Shown here: piece after piece, positions 9,373-19,595 of the stretch
Layout of the letters: each line of letters starts with the position of its first letter
Numbering within the stretch: position 1 is the first letter of the stretch
Virus record (IMG/VR): IMGVR_UViG_3300045971_000577
Span: 124,001-188,000 of that record
Reading direction: 5' to 3' (one strand)
Length of the DNA stretch: 64,000 bases
Translations under genes and position numbers: made by a program
The notes under the pieces: model-generated
What the model was told of the DNA's origin: nothing
Seen by the model: the letters and a program-made list of their open reading frames with translations, nothing else
The model's database searches: none

Positions 9373-10539
9373 TTATACAAACGTCTCTGATTTGACGTGC
9401 TTCACTATTTTATAGAATTTCGCAAAATTGTCAAGCTGTTTCGGGGGTGTTCGCGGATTAGATCTGTATACCCAATTATTCGATGTATTTTTCGGACCCA
9501 TAATTAGGTCTGTGGTGCTAAGATCAGTAATAATTTCAGCTGTGTCGAACTTGTTAAGATCACATGTAGTACGACCCTGTGAGTAAGAACTTGTGGGTTG
9601 TTCTACAATAAACTTTCGCCCTGTACCTGTTTCTATCATTGCAAGCATGCCGATATCGCACTTCTTGAACCCATCTGCAAATATCTTTTCGGCATCGTCC
9701 TTTGTAATCTCGATAAACGACATGGGAATCTTAGGCACCGCATTAACTGATACCAGCACAATAGCGCCACGATTAGAAAAGTACCCTGTATTGAAATTGT
9801 TTATCGTGGAGAATTGTGCCTTACCGGCCGCAAGCTCTGTATTAAGTCGTAATGCGGATTCTTCCCTTGTTATGGGTGTTGTTGCCCTATTTGTTACCTT
9901 CAGAATTTTAGCATCTGATTGGTACACATACTTACCCTTACTTACCTCAATAATCTGCCTACGCAAAAATACCTGTGGCTTATATCCGCCAGCAGCTTCA
10001 ATAATAGGTCCATATAGAGATAATACGCCCATGTAGGTACCATCAATGCCAGTTTGTGTCATAACCGTATCACCGATTTGCACATCTTTGATTGAAATCT
10101 TGTCTTCAATCAGTTCTGTGTTCTGTACAGCGGCAACATAGTCGGGAGATGTTACGGGAACCAGTGTCATTGTGGTTTGGCTATCTTCTCTAGCCCATAC
10201 ACACTTCTCTTGGATCAATCCTTCTGTGATACCAGTAACGTGCAGTATCTTTTCCAGATTGTTTGGCGAGATTCTTGACAAGAATCCACGTGGGTCAATG
10301 ATCAACCAAGTTTGGTCTAACGATCCCCAGGTTTTTCTTTCTGTCTTTAGCAATGTGAATCCGGGAAGTGGAACATTCTCGTGTTCCTTTAGCGTATTGT
10401 TACGCTTGGTTAGATTGCTTAATTTTCTTTTCTCGTTTGATGTATTTCCGATGGGTACAATTTCTGCTTCATGCAGCCCGGATGTTGCCGATTTTGTTGA
10501 GTCCCACGCTACTTGAATTTGTCTTGCGATATTGAGCAT
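9373..10539 (-). CDS. hypothetical protein
   Basis: 388-aa ORF with DPRGF motif. Confidence 0.65.
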   Translation of the reverse strand: MLNIARQIQVAWDSTKSATSGLHEAEIVPIGNTSNEKRKLSNLTKRNNTLKEHENVPLPGFTLLKTERKTWGSLDQTWLIIDPRGFLSRISPNNLEKILHVTGITEGLIQEKCVWAREDSQTTMTLVPVTSPDYVAAVQNTELIEDKISIKDVQIGDTVMTQTGIDGTYMGVLSLYGPIIEAAGGYKPQVFLRRQIIEVSKGKYVYQSDAKILKVTNRATTPITREESALRLNTELAAGKAQFSTINNFNTGYFSNRGAIVLVSVNAVPKIPMSFIEITKDDAEKIFADGFKKCDIGMLAMIETGTGRKFIVEQPTSSYSQGRTTCDLNKFDTAEIITDLSTTDLIMGPKNTSNNWVYRSNPRTPPKQLDNFAKFYKIVKHVKSETFV

Positions 10540-10541
10540 TC

Positions 10542-10811
10542 TTATTTTGATAGTTTTAGTAATAGTTGATATTCATCATACGCCCTCTGTAGCGTAGGAT
10601 TTCGTGCTCTTAGTGCTTCTTCTGCTTCGTGTTTCAGTATCTGTCTGATATGATTTGCAAATCTGGTCGTATCTTGATCGTAAAACATCTCCAGTGTAAA
10701 TGATATTACTTTAGATGCCGGTTCTGTGCAAGAATCATCGTAAAGTTGGACATCGTAATTCGAATGCCCGTATCTATCAAGAAATGCAATGATAGTTTTT
10801 ACGTCGCTCAT
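10542..10811 (-). CDS. hypothetical protein
   Basis: ORF; ends NPTLQRAYDEYQLLLKL. Confidence 0.55.
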   Translation of the reverse strand: MSDVKTIIAFLDRYGHSNYDVQLYDDSCTEPASKVISFTLEMFYDQDTTRFANHIRQILKHEAEEALRARNPTLQRAYDEYQLLLKLSK

Positions 10812-11053
10812 GTCATTCCGAAGCCGAACTGAATTTTGAACATAGTTGCATCGGTAGCATCTTCGAAACCAAACTTATTGCCACCTAACATAGTCCATCT
10901 GCCTTGCAGATTTTCTACACACCACATGACAATACCATTCTTAGCAATTTCCGTATAAGGTAAGTGCAGATTGGTGAATGTCCATGACGTATCTTTGTCC
11001 CTAATGAGTTCATTCATAGGAACATACATGTCTTTCTTATCTTTATTATCCAT
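10808..11053 (-). CDS. small protein, W..F..(D/E)A..F.L family
   Basis: WC.....GRW......FGFEDATDATMFKIQF. Confidence 0.6.
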   Translation of the reverse strand: MDNKDKKDMYVPMNELIRDKDTSWTFTNLHLPYTEIAKNGIVMWCVENLQGRWTMLGGNKFGFEDATDATMFKIQFGFGMT

Positions 11054-11073
11054 AGACCCCTCGCTTGTGTGTA

Positions 11074-11102
11074 ATTATATACAGTAGTCGACCAAGTGTC
11101 AA
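11074..11102 (-). promoter_or_regulatory. sigma70-consensus early promoter
   Basis: TTGACA-17 nt-TATAAT, perfect match on the - strand. Confidence 0.85.
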
Positions 11103-11140
11103 CTTTAGTTTACATCGTAAGAAAACCGGTGTTACACCGG

Positions 11141-11869
11141 TTACTTTTTGTACGGAGTCCAGGTGCCTTTTGGTTGTGCCAGTCTATTAGCAATAACATA
11201 CATTGTGATTGGATTATGACCGAGCCCTAAATGACTTGCTCCAGGAATCTCAATATTTTCCCGCATAGGACCTGTTATTTCCAAAGAACACTCCCAAGAA
11301 ACCACGCCATCTGTCTTACTATAGATAGATGTAAATGGTACAGGTGGTGGTTCACTTATTTGCTTGATGATTTCGGGATTTCGATGACTCTTATCCTTAC
11401 TAAGCAATTCATACAGGCGTGCTGCATTGGTGGATTCGGCTGTACCCTTGAACGGAGTACCCAATGTTATTACTTGACGTACCAATTCGGGATTTTTCTT
11501 AGCAATTTCTCTTGCATAAATCCCGCCTAGACTCCATCCGATAATGCTAACTTGTTCTCCGCCAGCTTCTTCGGATATCTTCTCGAGTCTTTCGACTAGA
11601 GTAGAAATCATTACATCAATTCCCGAACGTGGACCAAGATTTCTACCCTGATTCCATGGTTGGGAATTGTATCCTAACTCTTGTAGGAAATTTCTAATGT
11701 AATGTGTCGAAGAATCTGTGGTACCCAATCCTGGCAAAACCAAAACTGGGTGTCCATCACCTCGCGGAGATACAAGTTGCAATGGCATGTTGAGCGCCCA
11801 TCCTAATCCATACTCATATACACCACGGATGACCTCAAGTGTGAGTAAGATTGGTGATGGTGCGTCCAT
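11141..11869 (-). CDS. alpha/beta hydrolase (lipase/esterase-like)
   Basis: PVLVLPG, nucleophile elbow GWSLGG, DGVV, SHLGL catalytic His. Confidence 0.85.
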   Translation of the reverse strand: MDAPSPILLTLEVIRGVYEYGLGWALNMPLQLVSPRGDGHPVLVLPGLGTTDSSTHYIRNFLQELGYNSQPWNQGRNLGPRSGIDVMISTLVERLEKISEEAGGEQVSIIGWSLGGIYAREIAKKNPELVRQVITLGTPFKGTAESTNAARLYELLSKDKSHRNPEIIKQISEPPPVPFTSIYSKTDGVVSWECSLEITGPMRENIEIPGASHLGLGHNPITMYVIANRLAQPKGTWTPYKK

Positions 11870-11885
11870 ACGCTATTTAGCGGTA

Positions 11886-12482
11886 TTAGACACGCTTATC
11901 GATAATCTGATCAGCCAACCCCAATTCAAGTGCCATCGGTGCAGTCAACCACTTATCTCTATCCAGCAACTGAACAAATTGCTCGTAAGTCGTGCCCTTG
12001 GAGTTGTGCCTGACGTACAATTCGGTCATTTCCTTCTTGATACGCAAGCTTTCAATCAAATCAATCTCCATGTCCGACACCTTACCACGTGTCCCAGACG
12101 ATGGCTGGTGAATCATGGTGATAGCACGGGGCAACAGATAACGCATTCCTGGTGCACCTGACTGGGCAATGAATGATCCCATACTCGCTGCCATACCTGT
12201 CACGTAGGTAGCCACCGGGCACTTGATATATTGCATGACGTCATACACACCAAGTCCGTCATACACGCTGCCACCAGGAGAGTTGATGTACATGTGAATG
12301 GGTTGTTCGGGATTTTCAGCTTCAAGGAACAATAATTGTGCAATCATGATGTTGCACATATGTTCTTCCACTTCACCACTGAAGAAAACAACACGTTCCT
12401 TCATCAATCTCGAATACAAATCGTAAGAACGTTCACCTCGGGCGGTTTGTTCAACAACTACTGGTACCAATGCGTTTCTCAT
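11886..12482 (-). CDS. clpP: ATP-dependent Clp protease proteolytic subunit
   Basis: [34 protein letters not shown] (Ser), MIHQP (His), DRD (Asp). Confidence 0.97.
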   Translation of the reverse strand: MRNALVPVVVEQTARGERSYDLYSRLMKERVVFFSGEVEEHMCNIMIAQLLFLEAENPEQPIHMYINSPGGSVYDGLGVYDVMQYIKCPVATYVTGMAASMGSFIAQSGAPGMRYLLPRAITMIHQPSSGTRGKVSDMEIDLIESLRIKKEMTELYVRHNSKGTTYEQFVQLLDRDKWLTAPMALELGLADQIIDKRV

Positions 12483-12496
12483 TTTGCGTTTCCTAT

Positions 12497-12504
12497 GATA
12501 AATA
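12497..12504 (+). promoter_or_regulatory. T4-late-like promoter (representative of many copies)
   Basis: GATAAATA; copies precede genes at e.g. 19494, 28697, 30390, 33278, 48835, 51523, 52129, 52813, 56960, 60283, 62873, 62920. Confidence 0.7.
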
Positions 12505-12509
12505 CTGTT

Positions 12510-12899
12510 ATGAAAATCAAAGACATCCTAAACGAAGGCGCTACTGACGTCGTTGCTCGATTTTACAAGGAAGCGAGCAAGGGTTACGACCAATTCTACA
12601 ATCCTGACGACGTAAAGTATAAGGATAAGAACAAGAAATACTATGACGAGTATTTCAAAGAGTGGTTTAACGAAGATATCGTCCCCGTTTTCACTAAACC
12701 AGTTGATAAGCCAGAGCACGAATACAGACCTTTCCCAAAAGAGGGTAAACTTCAGTCGCCGGGTTATCGCGGATTGCAGTATGCACTCGCTGCTGCTGGG
12801 TTACCTTATAATCACAAGGTACAGCAATACAAAACCGATCCTGCTCGTGCAGTTGCCTCAACAACGATGGACGGCGCACGAAACAGCAACGGTCAATAA
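12510..12899 (+). CDS. hypothetical late protein, possible head-internal protein
   Basis: Start MKIKDILNE right after a late promoter. Confidence 0.6.
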   Translation: MKIKDILNEGATDVVARFYKEASKGYDQFYNPDDVKYKDKNKKYYDEYFKEWFNEDIVPVFTKPVDKPEHEYRPFPKEGKLQSPGYRGLQYALAAAGLPYNHKVQQYKTDPARAVASTTMDGARNSNGQ

Positions 12900-13183
12900 G
12901 AGTATTTCAGCTTTTTGAAGGTTAGTTCTTCTATTTGGTCATCAGTTAGCCTTACCACTTCTATGGTATCGTAGCTATAGATTTTACGAAGTCTGTTTTT
13001 CCTAGACAACGCTTCATCGTATGTTTCTGCAGCATACGCACATCCGGTATCGTCAAACGTCTGCCATACAGATGACATCCGAATAGTCACGGTACCGTCG
13101 GAGTTTATTCTTATTCGTTCGGGGTGAGGCACTGTCTTATCGCAGAGATATTTTTCCTTGTCCCTCAGTATAGCGTACATCAA
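12893..13183 (-). CDS. hypothetical protein
   Basis: ORF; ends IEELTFKKLK. Confidence 0.5.
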   Translation of the reverse strand: MMYAILRDKEKYLCDKTVPHPERIRINSDGTVTIRMSSVWQTFDDTGCAYAAETYDEALSRKNRLRKIYSYDTIEVVRLTDDQIEELTFKKLKYSY

Positions 13184-13419
13184 TACAAGCCCTGCAGTTT
13201 TCTTATAGTTATTTCAGCCATCTCGTCGTCGTCGAGCTCGTATACTATGAGACTGTAATCAGAAAAGTCAACAGAAACCTGTTGTAAGATTTCATCTATT
13301 TCCATATTAGATTCTCTTACAACAGGCTCGTGATTTTCATTCTCGGACATATGCCAAATATCAATACCAGCAAAACGATCATGCCTTAAAACTCTAGGAC
13401 CGGATCGTATCCCGAACAT
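13180..13419 (-). CDS. hypothetical protein
   Basis: ORF; ends AEITIRKLQG. Confidence 0.5.
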   Translation of the reverse strand: MFGIRSGPRVLRHDRFAGIDIWHMSENENHEPVVRESNMEIDEILQQVSVDFSDYSLIVYELDDDEMAEITIRKLQGLY

Positions 13420-14189
13420 TATTCCAATACTGCGGCAATACTCGCTGCTAGATCGGGATCATAATTATCAGCTTCTTCATTGAACCAATCTGTATTCTTC
13501 ATTGCCCATTGCCAATAGCTGTGAGGAACATTTCTCATGAACTCTCCCTTGTGCTTACCGAAGGGCATACGCTCATAAAGGATAGGAGAAGCAGCCCATT
13601 TGCAAATTTGTGGTCCGTATGGCTTATCTTTGTCGATAATCTTTGCTTCTTCCAGCAAATCAACCAACACTTCAAGCAAACGACCGGTAATGAAAGAGTC
13701 GTTACCTGCACGATGGCAATACATCTCGATAGGTACATCAAGTGCTAATGCAAAGCGAAGATAAGGGAGGTTTGTTTCTGCTACAGATTCCATACCATTG
13801 AACAACTTCTTAGCCATTCTCCAGGTACATATCCATTGGTGATTTTCTGTGCTGACACCGTGGCGTTCAAGCACACGCATATCGTAGAAATGATTGTGAG
13901 CTACAAGGTAGCCACCTTGGAATCCGTCTACAACGGATTGAAATACTTCGCGTGCATCGATAAAAGACGGCTTATCTTCTACCATCTTGTTTGTAATGTA
14001 GCAGATTGATTCGACCCTAGGTGGAATCGGACGGTCGATTGGCTTATGCAGCTCTTGAAAGATTGTCCATGTGTCATCTTCGCGGATAACAAATCCTGCT
14101 TCAATGATTTCTGCAATTTTGTAGTCGTCGGAGTTGGTCTCAGTGTCTAAGACAAGGCAACTCTTCAAAAAATCTTCTTTATGTGACAT
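13419..14189 (-). CDS. DEDDh 3'-5' exonuclease (ExoX / DnaQ-like)
   Basis: VLDTET, VAHN..YD, HRA.ND, C-terminal MPFGKHKG. Confidence 0.88.
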   Translation of the reverse strand: MSHKEDFLKSCLVLDTETNSDDYKIAEIIEAGFVIREDDTWTIFQELHKPIDRPIPPRVESICYITNKMVEDKPSFIDAREVFQSVVDGFQGGYLVAHNHFYDMRVLERHGVSTENHQWICTWRMAKKLFNGMESVAETNLPYLRFALALDVPIEMYCHRAGNDSFITGRLLEVLVDLLEEAKIIDKDKPYGPQICKWAASPILYERMPFGKHKGEFMRNVPHSYWQWAMKNTDWFNEEADNYDPDLAASIAAVLE

Positions 14190-14244
14190 GAAATTCTCCA
14201 GTAAATAACAGTGTAGCAGTTACTTACTGAAAAGTCAATGCTTC

Positions 14245-14661
14245 TTAGCGTTTTCTTGATTCGTCCAATGGACCGACATTAGGATTATTGATGGTTTTGA
14301 TCATCATGTCGATAAACTTCTGATAGATTTCAGGATCATCATAATCTCTAAGCTTCAAAAAGATTTCGTGTGTTAGATCCCTGATTTCTCTGTTAGGAGT
14401 AGTCATTTTGCTACCTAGCTGAGCCGAAGGTTCGGTATTATTGGTAATATTATTCATCATACCATCGAATCTAGCATCACCTGTAGCTTCTTTTACTTTC
14501 TTAACAGGTTTTACAACGGCTTTAACTTCCTGTTTTGTCTTCTTATATTTGGCCTTAAACTCTTTATCAGACATTTTATTGTCCTTAAGGTCAAGGTCAA
14601 GCTCAGACATTTTACTTTCGGAAACACTTCCCTTTTTCCCACTAAACTCACCGAGTTTCAT
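14245..14661 (-). CDS. hypothetical protein, possible virion protein
   Basis: Last gene of a late operon; start MKLGEF. Confidence 0.55.
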   Translation of the reverse strand: MKLGEFSGKKGSVSESKMSELDLDLKDNKMSDKEFKAKYKKTKQEVKAVVKPVKKVKEATGDARFDGMMNNITNNTEPSAQLGSKMTTPNREIRDLTHEIFLKLRDYDDPEIYQKFIDMMIKTINNPNVGPLDESRKR

Positions 14662-14662
14662 A

Positions 14663-16168
14663 TCAGCGACCGTAACCTTTCATATTTCCTAGCTTAGAGA
14701 AACGCTGCATCCATTCTAACACTTCGGTGTCGGCAGATTCTGCAACCTTTTCTTCGGGTAGTTTCTTACCCTTGGCTGGGCCGTCGATAGGAAATGCCTT
14801 CTTATATTCTTCGGGATCGGCCTTCTTAATACCTTTTACTTCATTACCGTAATCCTTCATCATATTCTTCGGACGTTGGGCAAGTGTATCTCCGGTTTTA
14901 GGCGCGTTCTTTTCAGAAATCGGTGTCGAGCCGGTCAGTGTCTTCATTCCGAGTACAGGTGCGATGGATTCTGCAAGAATATCGTACTTCTTAAGTGATT
15001 GAAGCATTGCTGCTACGTCTTTGTCTACATTTTCCATGGCTTGTTGTCCTTGTGGTTGTGGTTCGTTGCCTAGTTGTGGTTGAGCTGGCATTTCTGCACC
15101 AGGCTCCGATGGTTCCTCGGCTGGTTTAGCCTTGGGTCTTACCTTGTCTGTGAAATATCTTTTTAGCATAGACAGTTTATCGATTTCTTTGTCTATATCG
15201 TATTTCTTTATCTTACCTTCTTTATTGCTGTTTAGTGTTTCGTCCTGCGATAGTGCATCTAATGCTTCCTGCATCTTTGATTTATTTGTATTCAATCCTG
15301 CAACAAGATCAGTGTATAAAAATGGAAAAGTTTCTTTGATATAGTTGGTCGATGCCGGATCGTCTGCAAGATCGTTAAATGATCCGCCGTGGCCGGCATC
15401 GAACTGATATTTTTCTGTGCCGCGAGTTTCTTTTCCAACTATTTTACCTGTCTTTACAATTTCCTTTGCGTCCTTAGGATAAAGCTGGAACAGCATTGCC
15501 CTGTCAGAATAGGTATTATAGTTAGCATCGGAACTACTATTGGCTGTACACCATTGTGTGCCCAATCCCAGTCGTCTTGCTGCTGCCCAGTTAAATACTG
15601 TGTAGATTTTGTAATCATCGTTATCCACCACGCATGCACTTTTCGCTACCTTGTTGATTGCAGCATTCTTTGCGGCATCGCGCACATCCTTTAGTCTATC
15701 TTCGTAGTGTACATTCATGTATTTTCCGATGTCACGCACACTGCTGAACTTAGGAATGTCTCGGTGATTCGCATCTAGCATGTTTCTATTCTTTAGAACA
15801 TACCAGTCGCGAAGATTCATGTTCATTACGCCAACTAGATCTTCCCAGTTATGACTTCCAGCAATATATCGACGAGCAATCCATTCACTATTAACACCAT
15901 CGCGAGAATATACAACTCCATCGTATCCTTCTTTCTCAATGGTATCAATATTCTCTAAAAACCATTGTGCAAGTGATTCATCGGTGGCTTTTTGTGAAGT
16001 TTTCCAAAATCCAGTAGCAAATGCTTTTGGATTTGAACGTGCATCATCACGAATGGCGTCGGCAAGGTTAGCAACCATGTTTTTGTCGTTCATAACTCGC
16101 TGGCTGCCCTTTGTCAAGGCAGCAGCTTCCATTATGATAGCTTCAATGAGACTGTCTAATTCATCCAT
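14663..16168 (-). CDS. hypothetical protein with G.GT.WCT domain, possible virion protein
   Basis: AARRLGLGTQWCTA...KYQF; acidic low-complexity tail. Confidence 0.6.
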   Translation of the reverse strand: MDELDSLIEAIIMEAAALTKGSQRVMNDKNMVANLADAIRDDARSNPKAFATGFWKTSQKATDESLAQWFLENIDTIEKEGYDGVVYSRDGVNSEWIARRYIAGSHNWEDLVGVMNMNLRDWYVLKNRNMLDANHRDIPKFSSVRDIGKYMNVHYEDRLKDVRDAAKNAAINKVAKSACVVDNDDYKIYTVFNWAAARRLGLGTQWCTANSSSDANYNTYSDRAMLFQLYPKDAKEIVKTGKIVGKETRGTEKYQFDAGHGGSFNDLADDPASTNYIKETFPFLYTDLVAGLNTNKSKMQEALDALSQDETLNSNKEGKIKKYDIDKEIDKLSMLKRYFTDKVRPKAKPAEEPSEPGAEMPAQPQLGNEPQPQGQQAMENVDKDVAAMLQSLKKYDILAESIAPVLGMKTLTGSTPISEKNAPKTGDTLAQRPKNMMKDYGNEVKGIKKADPEEYKKAFPIDGPAKGKKLPEEKVAESADTEVLEWMQRFSKLGNMKGYGR

Positions 16169-19100
16169 TATGCAAGTCCGACTAGATTCTGTCTGAATGC
16201 ATCTAATACTGGTCCCAACTGTGACGAGCTTCCACTTGCACAGTCGCGCAAGAAATCCTGGAACTCCTGGGAGTACGATGGTACGTTAGATGCATCGGCC
16301 AACGCCTTTCTGAGCTGAGCAGTTAGTGTTGGATTCATTGCAACGTCACCAGATGTGTCAATGGTTGCAAGAAAATTCTTCAACTTTATACCCTTCGATG
16401 CTAGATCTTGCGCGCCCTCGAAGTTGCCACCGTCAATAAACCGCTTCACACGGTTGTTGATCTGCGATAATGCTTGATTTCCGAGTGTTTTTAGCACTGG
16501 GCGAACTTTCTTAAAGATTGTGTTGATTGCATCTGCTTCGGTCATCTCAGGTGCTTTCTTCATATTAGCACGAGCATTCATCTTATCGTGTGGAACAGCA
16601 CCGGTACGCCATCCTTGACGGTTGATAGAACCGATATCGTCATCCTCTGGACGTTGTTCGACACCAGTGATCCAAATAGTTTGCAATGAGCCAATCTGAT
16701 CAGCAAGTAGATCGAATGCATTATCACTATTCTGAACGTCCTTATTGGCAATCTTACCCATACGTGCCTTAGATACAGTTGGATCACCGAATCTTCCTGC
16801 CTTTGCTGGATCTTTTTCTTCTGGCTTCAGCAATTCAGGATCAATCTGTGTGCCATCGTTGGTAAACGCAATAATCTGATACGGAATGGTGTTGTCACCT
16901 GCTGGATTATAGGCCTTGCCCTTTCTTGCAAACTCAGCCTTCCGATCAGCAATATACTTCGAGTATGGCTTAATAGCTGCAACACCGTTTGCAGCCGAAA
17001 CAACAACAAAGTTGTCGCCATTCTTCTTAAATTCAGTCCATAGAGGTCTATGGGCATCGGCATTTGTAATCTTCAATGGCGATAGTTCGGCTTCATTATC
17101 CAGACGATGTCTTCCGTGTAACCATTTAATAAGATTCTTGCCGCCGGGCTGCTTACCTACACGACGTGCAAGCTGCGATGCTTCCTTTGGTGCGTCTGGT
17201 GGAGCATCGCCGGCATCAATTGCATTCGCTCTACGTTTTTCGTAGCCAGCGGACTGACGTGCTGCTCTGTCCTTGGCGTTTGGCTTACCAAATGCCTCAT
17301 CTAACGACTCGAAAATCTCGCGGATTTCCTCATCAAACTTCATTTGTTCAAATAGTGTAGGTTTCATGCCTTCTGTGCCTTCTCTGAGTTGTGGAATACC
17401 TCCACCGTTACCGATCTGATCGCCGCCCATTTCCGGAGGGCCTCCCAGTACTGAATCCTGATCTGGATATGCATAGATATATTGCCCGACCGGGTCACGA
17501 ACTACGTGGAATCTTACGCCATTGATGCGAAATTCCTTCACATCCGGCTTGTAACCCGGGATGGCCAGGCCGTGACTCAAATCAATCTTACCTAAATCTT
17601 CTGCATTATTACGCAACCAACCTGCAACTGCACGCATTTCCTCGTCTGTGTTGGGCCCTTGTCCGTCTACGTTTGCAATAGTTTGGATTTGCTCTAATGG
17701 AGTTCTTGTGAACATGCTGAATACGCTACGACCCATTCCGCGAATGTTCTTACGCATAAATCCTGGCAAATCCTGTACACTGTGCCATTCCGGAACTTGT
17801 GTTCCGGACGCCTGCATCGCATTGCTGATAACTGCTGGAACATCCTGTGCAGTTCTTACCATTACTTGATTCTGTGGTTGAACCGGTAGTCCTGGCTCGT
17901 CGGCTCCTACATCTGGATTGATACGATTCATCATATTACGCATTTGATCGGATGGAGTCATACTTCCAACCTTTCTGCGTGTGTCTGCAGGGTTAGCACG
18001 TGGCATGGATGGTGTTGCTGGACCGCCAGCATCTGGTTCGCCTTCTGGTTCGTCGATATTTGCTGGAAGATGAGCTTGTCTCGGATTTAGAATGTCATCC
18101 ATATCGTCAAAATCGGAGAATGACTGCTTTGTCTTAGTTGGCTTTGCTTCTTCGTCAACTGTTCCGCCCATAACCTGGCCGTGAATCTTTCTCAAAGATT
18201 CCACATCAGTAAAATTAGCAAGTTCTCCATGAGTATAATTCTTGCCGGCTTTGCTTAGTCCCATATCTTGCATATACTTGATGGCGCTAATCATATCAAA
18301 CGCATCGTTTGTGTCTTCTTCACTAGGCTCATCCGAGTCGAGTTGGTCGGCAGCCACCATGTCATCCTGCGAAGGATCCTGCATATCATCCATCTCGGGA
18401 TCATACCAGTCACCCTCGTCAACTTCACCAAAATGTTCCTGGGAATAACGACCAGCCTTACCATATGCATCAGTTGTTGTGTCTGGCATCATTGGTTGTT
18501 CGTCAAGATTATCGTCGCCGTATGTCATAGGAGACTTTTGTCCGCCTGTTGGGCGTACTTCAGTCTTTTGAACGATATCGCCTAGCTTAACGCCCTTACC
18601 GGACTTTGGCTTTTCAACAAATTCCTGTTCTTCTTCGTCAACCAATGGAAGTTCGACTTCCATTTCGTCTGCGCCCATTGCTGGATCTTGCATTCCAGGT
18701 CCTACAGGAGCAATAGGTTCCGAAGGCATCATATTTCTTTCTTGATCGTTCATTGCGTTTGGATCAGGGAAGCAAACAGAGCAATCCCACGACCCGCACT
18801 GGCAATCGCCGCCAGCAGGAACTACTTCTGCCAACTCTTGTACACCTTCTGTAGACAATGCTTCTTCAACAGCACTCATCCACTTACTAAATTCATCACG
18901 TTGGTCCATTACAGGTTCCTCTTTATCAATCTTTACATTTTGTGCGCCAAGAGACATCGGTGATAGTACACCGTCATTATCTGTTTGGCTAAAATTGTCT
19001 TTTGCATCTTGTTCTAACACGGCTGCTACATTTTCAACCGGTACTACTATCTCTTTGCTATCAAAGCTTAGGATACAATCTTTTCCAGTTGTTCCATAAG

Positions 19101-19494
19101 CAATAAACACACCAAATCCTGGTCCAATAACGGAGCCGTACACATCGGCAATCTTTACCAAGTCACCTGCACGGAATTCAGGCTTGTCACGCTGAGTTCC
19201 AATGGTATCTTGATTAACACTAGAATGGAACCAGTCGTTACCCTTCTGATATGGATCCTCGTAGTCGCGTTCTGGTGCTGAAAAGTCATCTGCGGAAAGT
19301 TCTCTAGCGATGCCCTTGATATCTACCATAGCACCATCTTGTGTACTATGCATAAATCTTCCTGTGCCGCCGCCAACTCGTGGATCGACCATCAATGTGG
19401 CGTCCTGCTTAAACATTACTTCCTTAGAGGGCTGTTCTGGAAACACTGCTGGAACGCTTTCCATAATTTTGAGCCACTTTCTAATATCCGACAT
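16168..19494 (-). CDS. large acidic protein, probable head-internal / virion protein
   Basis: 1108 aa, D/E/P/M-rich linkers, late promoter upstream. Confidence 0.6.
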   Translation of the reverse strand: MSDIRKWLKIMESVPAVFPEQPSKEVMFKQDATLMVDPRVGGGTGRFMHSTQDGAMVDIKGIARELSADDFSAPERDYEDPYQKGNDWFHSSVNQDTIGTQRDKPEFRAGDLVKIADVYGSVIGPGFGVFIAYGTTGKDCILSFDSKEIVVPVENVAAVLEQDAKDNFSQTDNDGVLSPMSLGAQNVKIDKEEPVMDQRDEFSKWMSAVEEALSTEGVQELAEVVPAGGDCQCGSWDCSVCFPDPNAMNDQERNMMPSEPIAPVGPGMQDPAMGADEMEVELPLVDEEEQEFVEKPKSGKGVKLGDIVQKTEVRPTGGQKSPMTYGDDNLDEQPMMPDTTTDAYGKAGRYSQEHFGEVDEGDWYDPEMDDMQDPSQDDMVAADQLDSDEPSEEDTNDAFDMISAIKYMQDMGLSKAGKNYTHGELANFTDVESLRKIHGQVMGGTVDEEAKPTKTKQSFSDFDDMDDILNPRQAHLPANIDEPEGEPDAGGPATPSMPRANPADTRRKVGSMTPSDQMRNMMNRINPDVGADEPGLPVQPQNQVMVRTAQDVPAVISNAMQASGTQVPEWHSVQDLPGFMRKNIRGMGRSVFSMFTRTPLEQIQTIANVDGQGPNTDEEMRAVAGWLRNNAEDLGKIDLSHGLAIPGYKPDVKEFRINGVRFHVVRDPVGQYIYAYPDQDSVLGGPPEMGGDQIGNGGGIPQLREGTEGMKPTLFEQMKFDEEIREIFESLDEAFGKPNAKDRAARQSAGYEKRRANAIDAGDAPPDAPKEASQLARRVGKQPGGKNLIKWLHGRHRLDNEAELSPLKITNADAHRPLWTEFKKNGDNFVVVSAANGVAAIKPYSKYIADRKAEFARKGKAYNPAGDNTIPYQIIAFTNDGTQIDPELLKPEEKDPAKAGRFGDPTVSKARMGKIANKDVQNSDNAFDLLADQIGSLQTIWITGVEQRPEDDDIGSINRQGWRTGAVPHDKMNARANMKKAPEMTEADAINTIFKKVRPVLKTLGNQALSQINNRVKRFIDGGNFEGAQDLASKGIKLKNFLATIDTSGDVAMNPTLTAQLRKALADASNVPSYSQEFQDFLRDCASGSSSQLGPVLDAFRQNLVGLA

Positions 19495-19551
19495 GTAATA
19501 CGTCCTTGTTATGATTTAGTATTTATCAAGGATCGGGCATATCGCGGCCAT

Positions 19552-19578
19552 AAAAAAAGGACGCTCGAAAGCGCCCTT
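19552..19578 (-). terminator. intrinsic terminator
   Basis: AAGGGCGC-TTTC-GAGCGTCC-TTTTTTT downstream of the RNA ligase. Confidence 0.75.
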
Positions 19579-19595
19579 CATCGGAGTGGTTTTGC

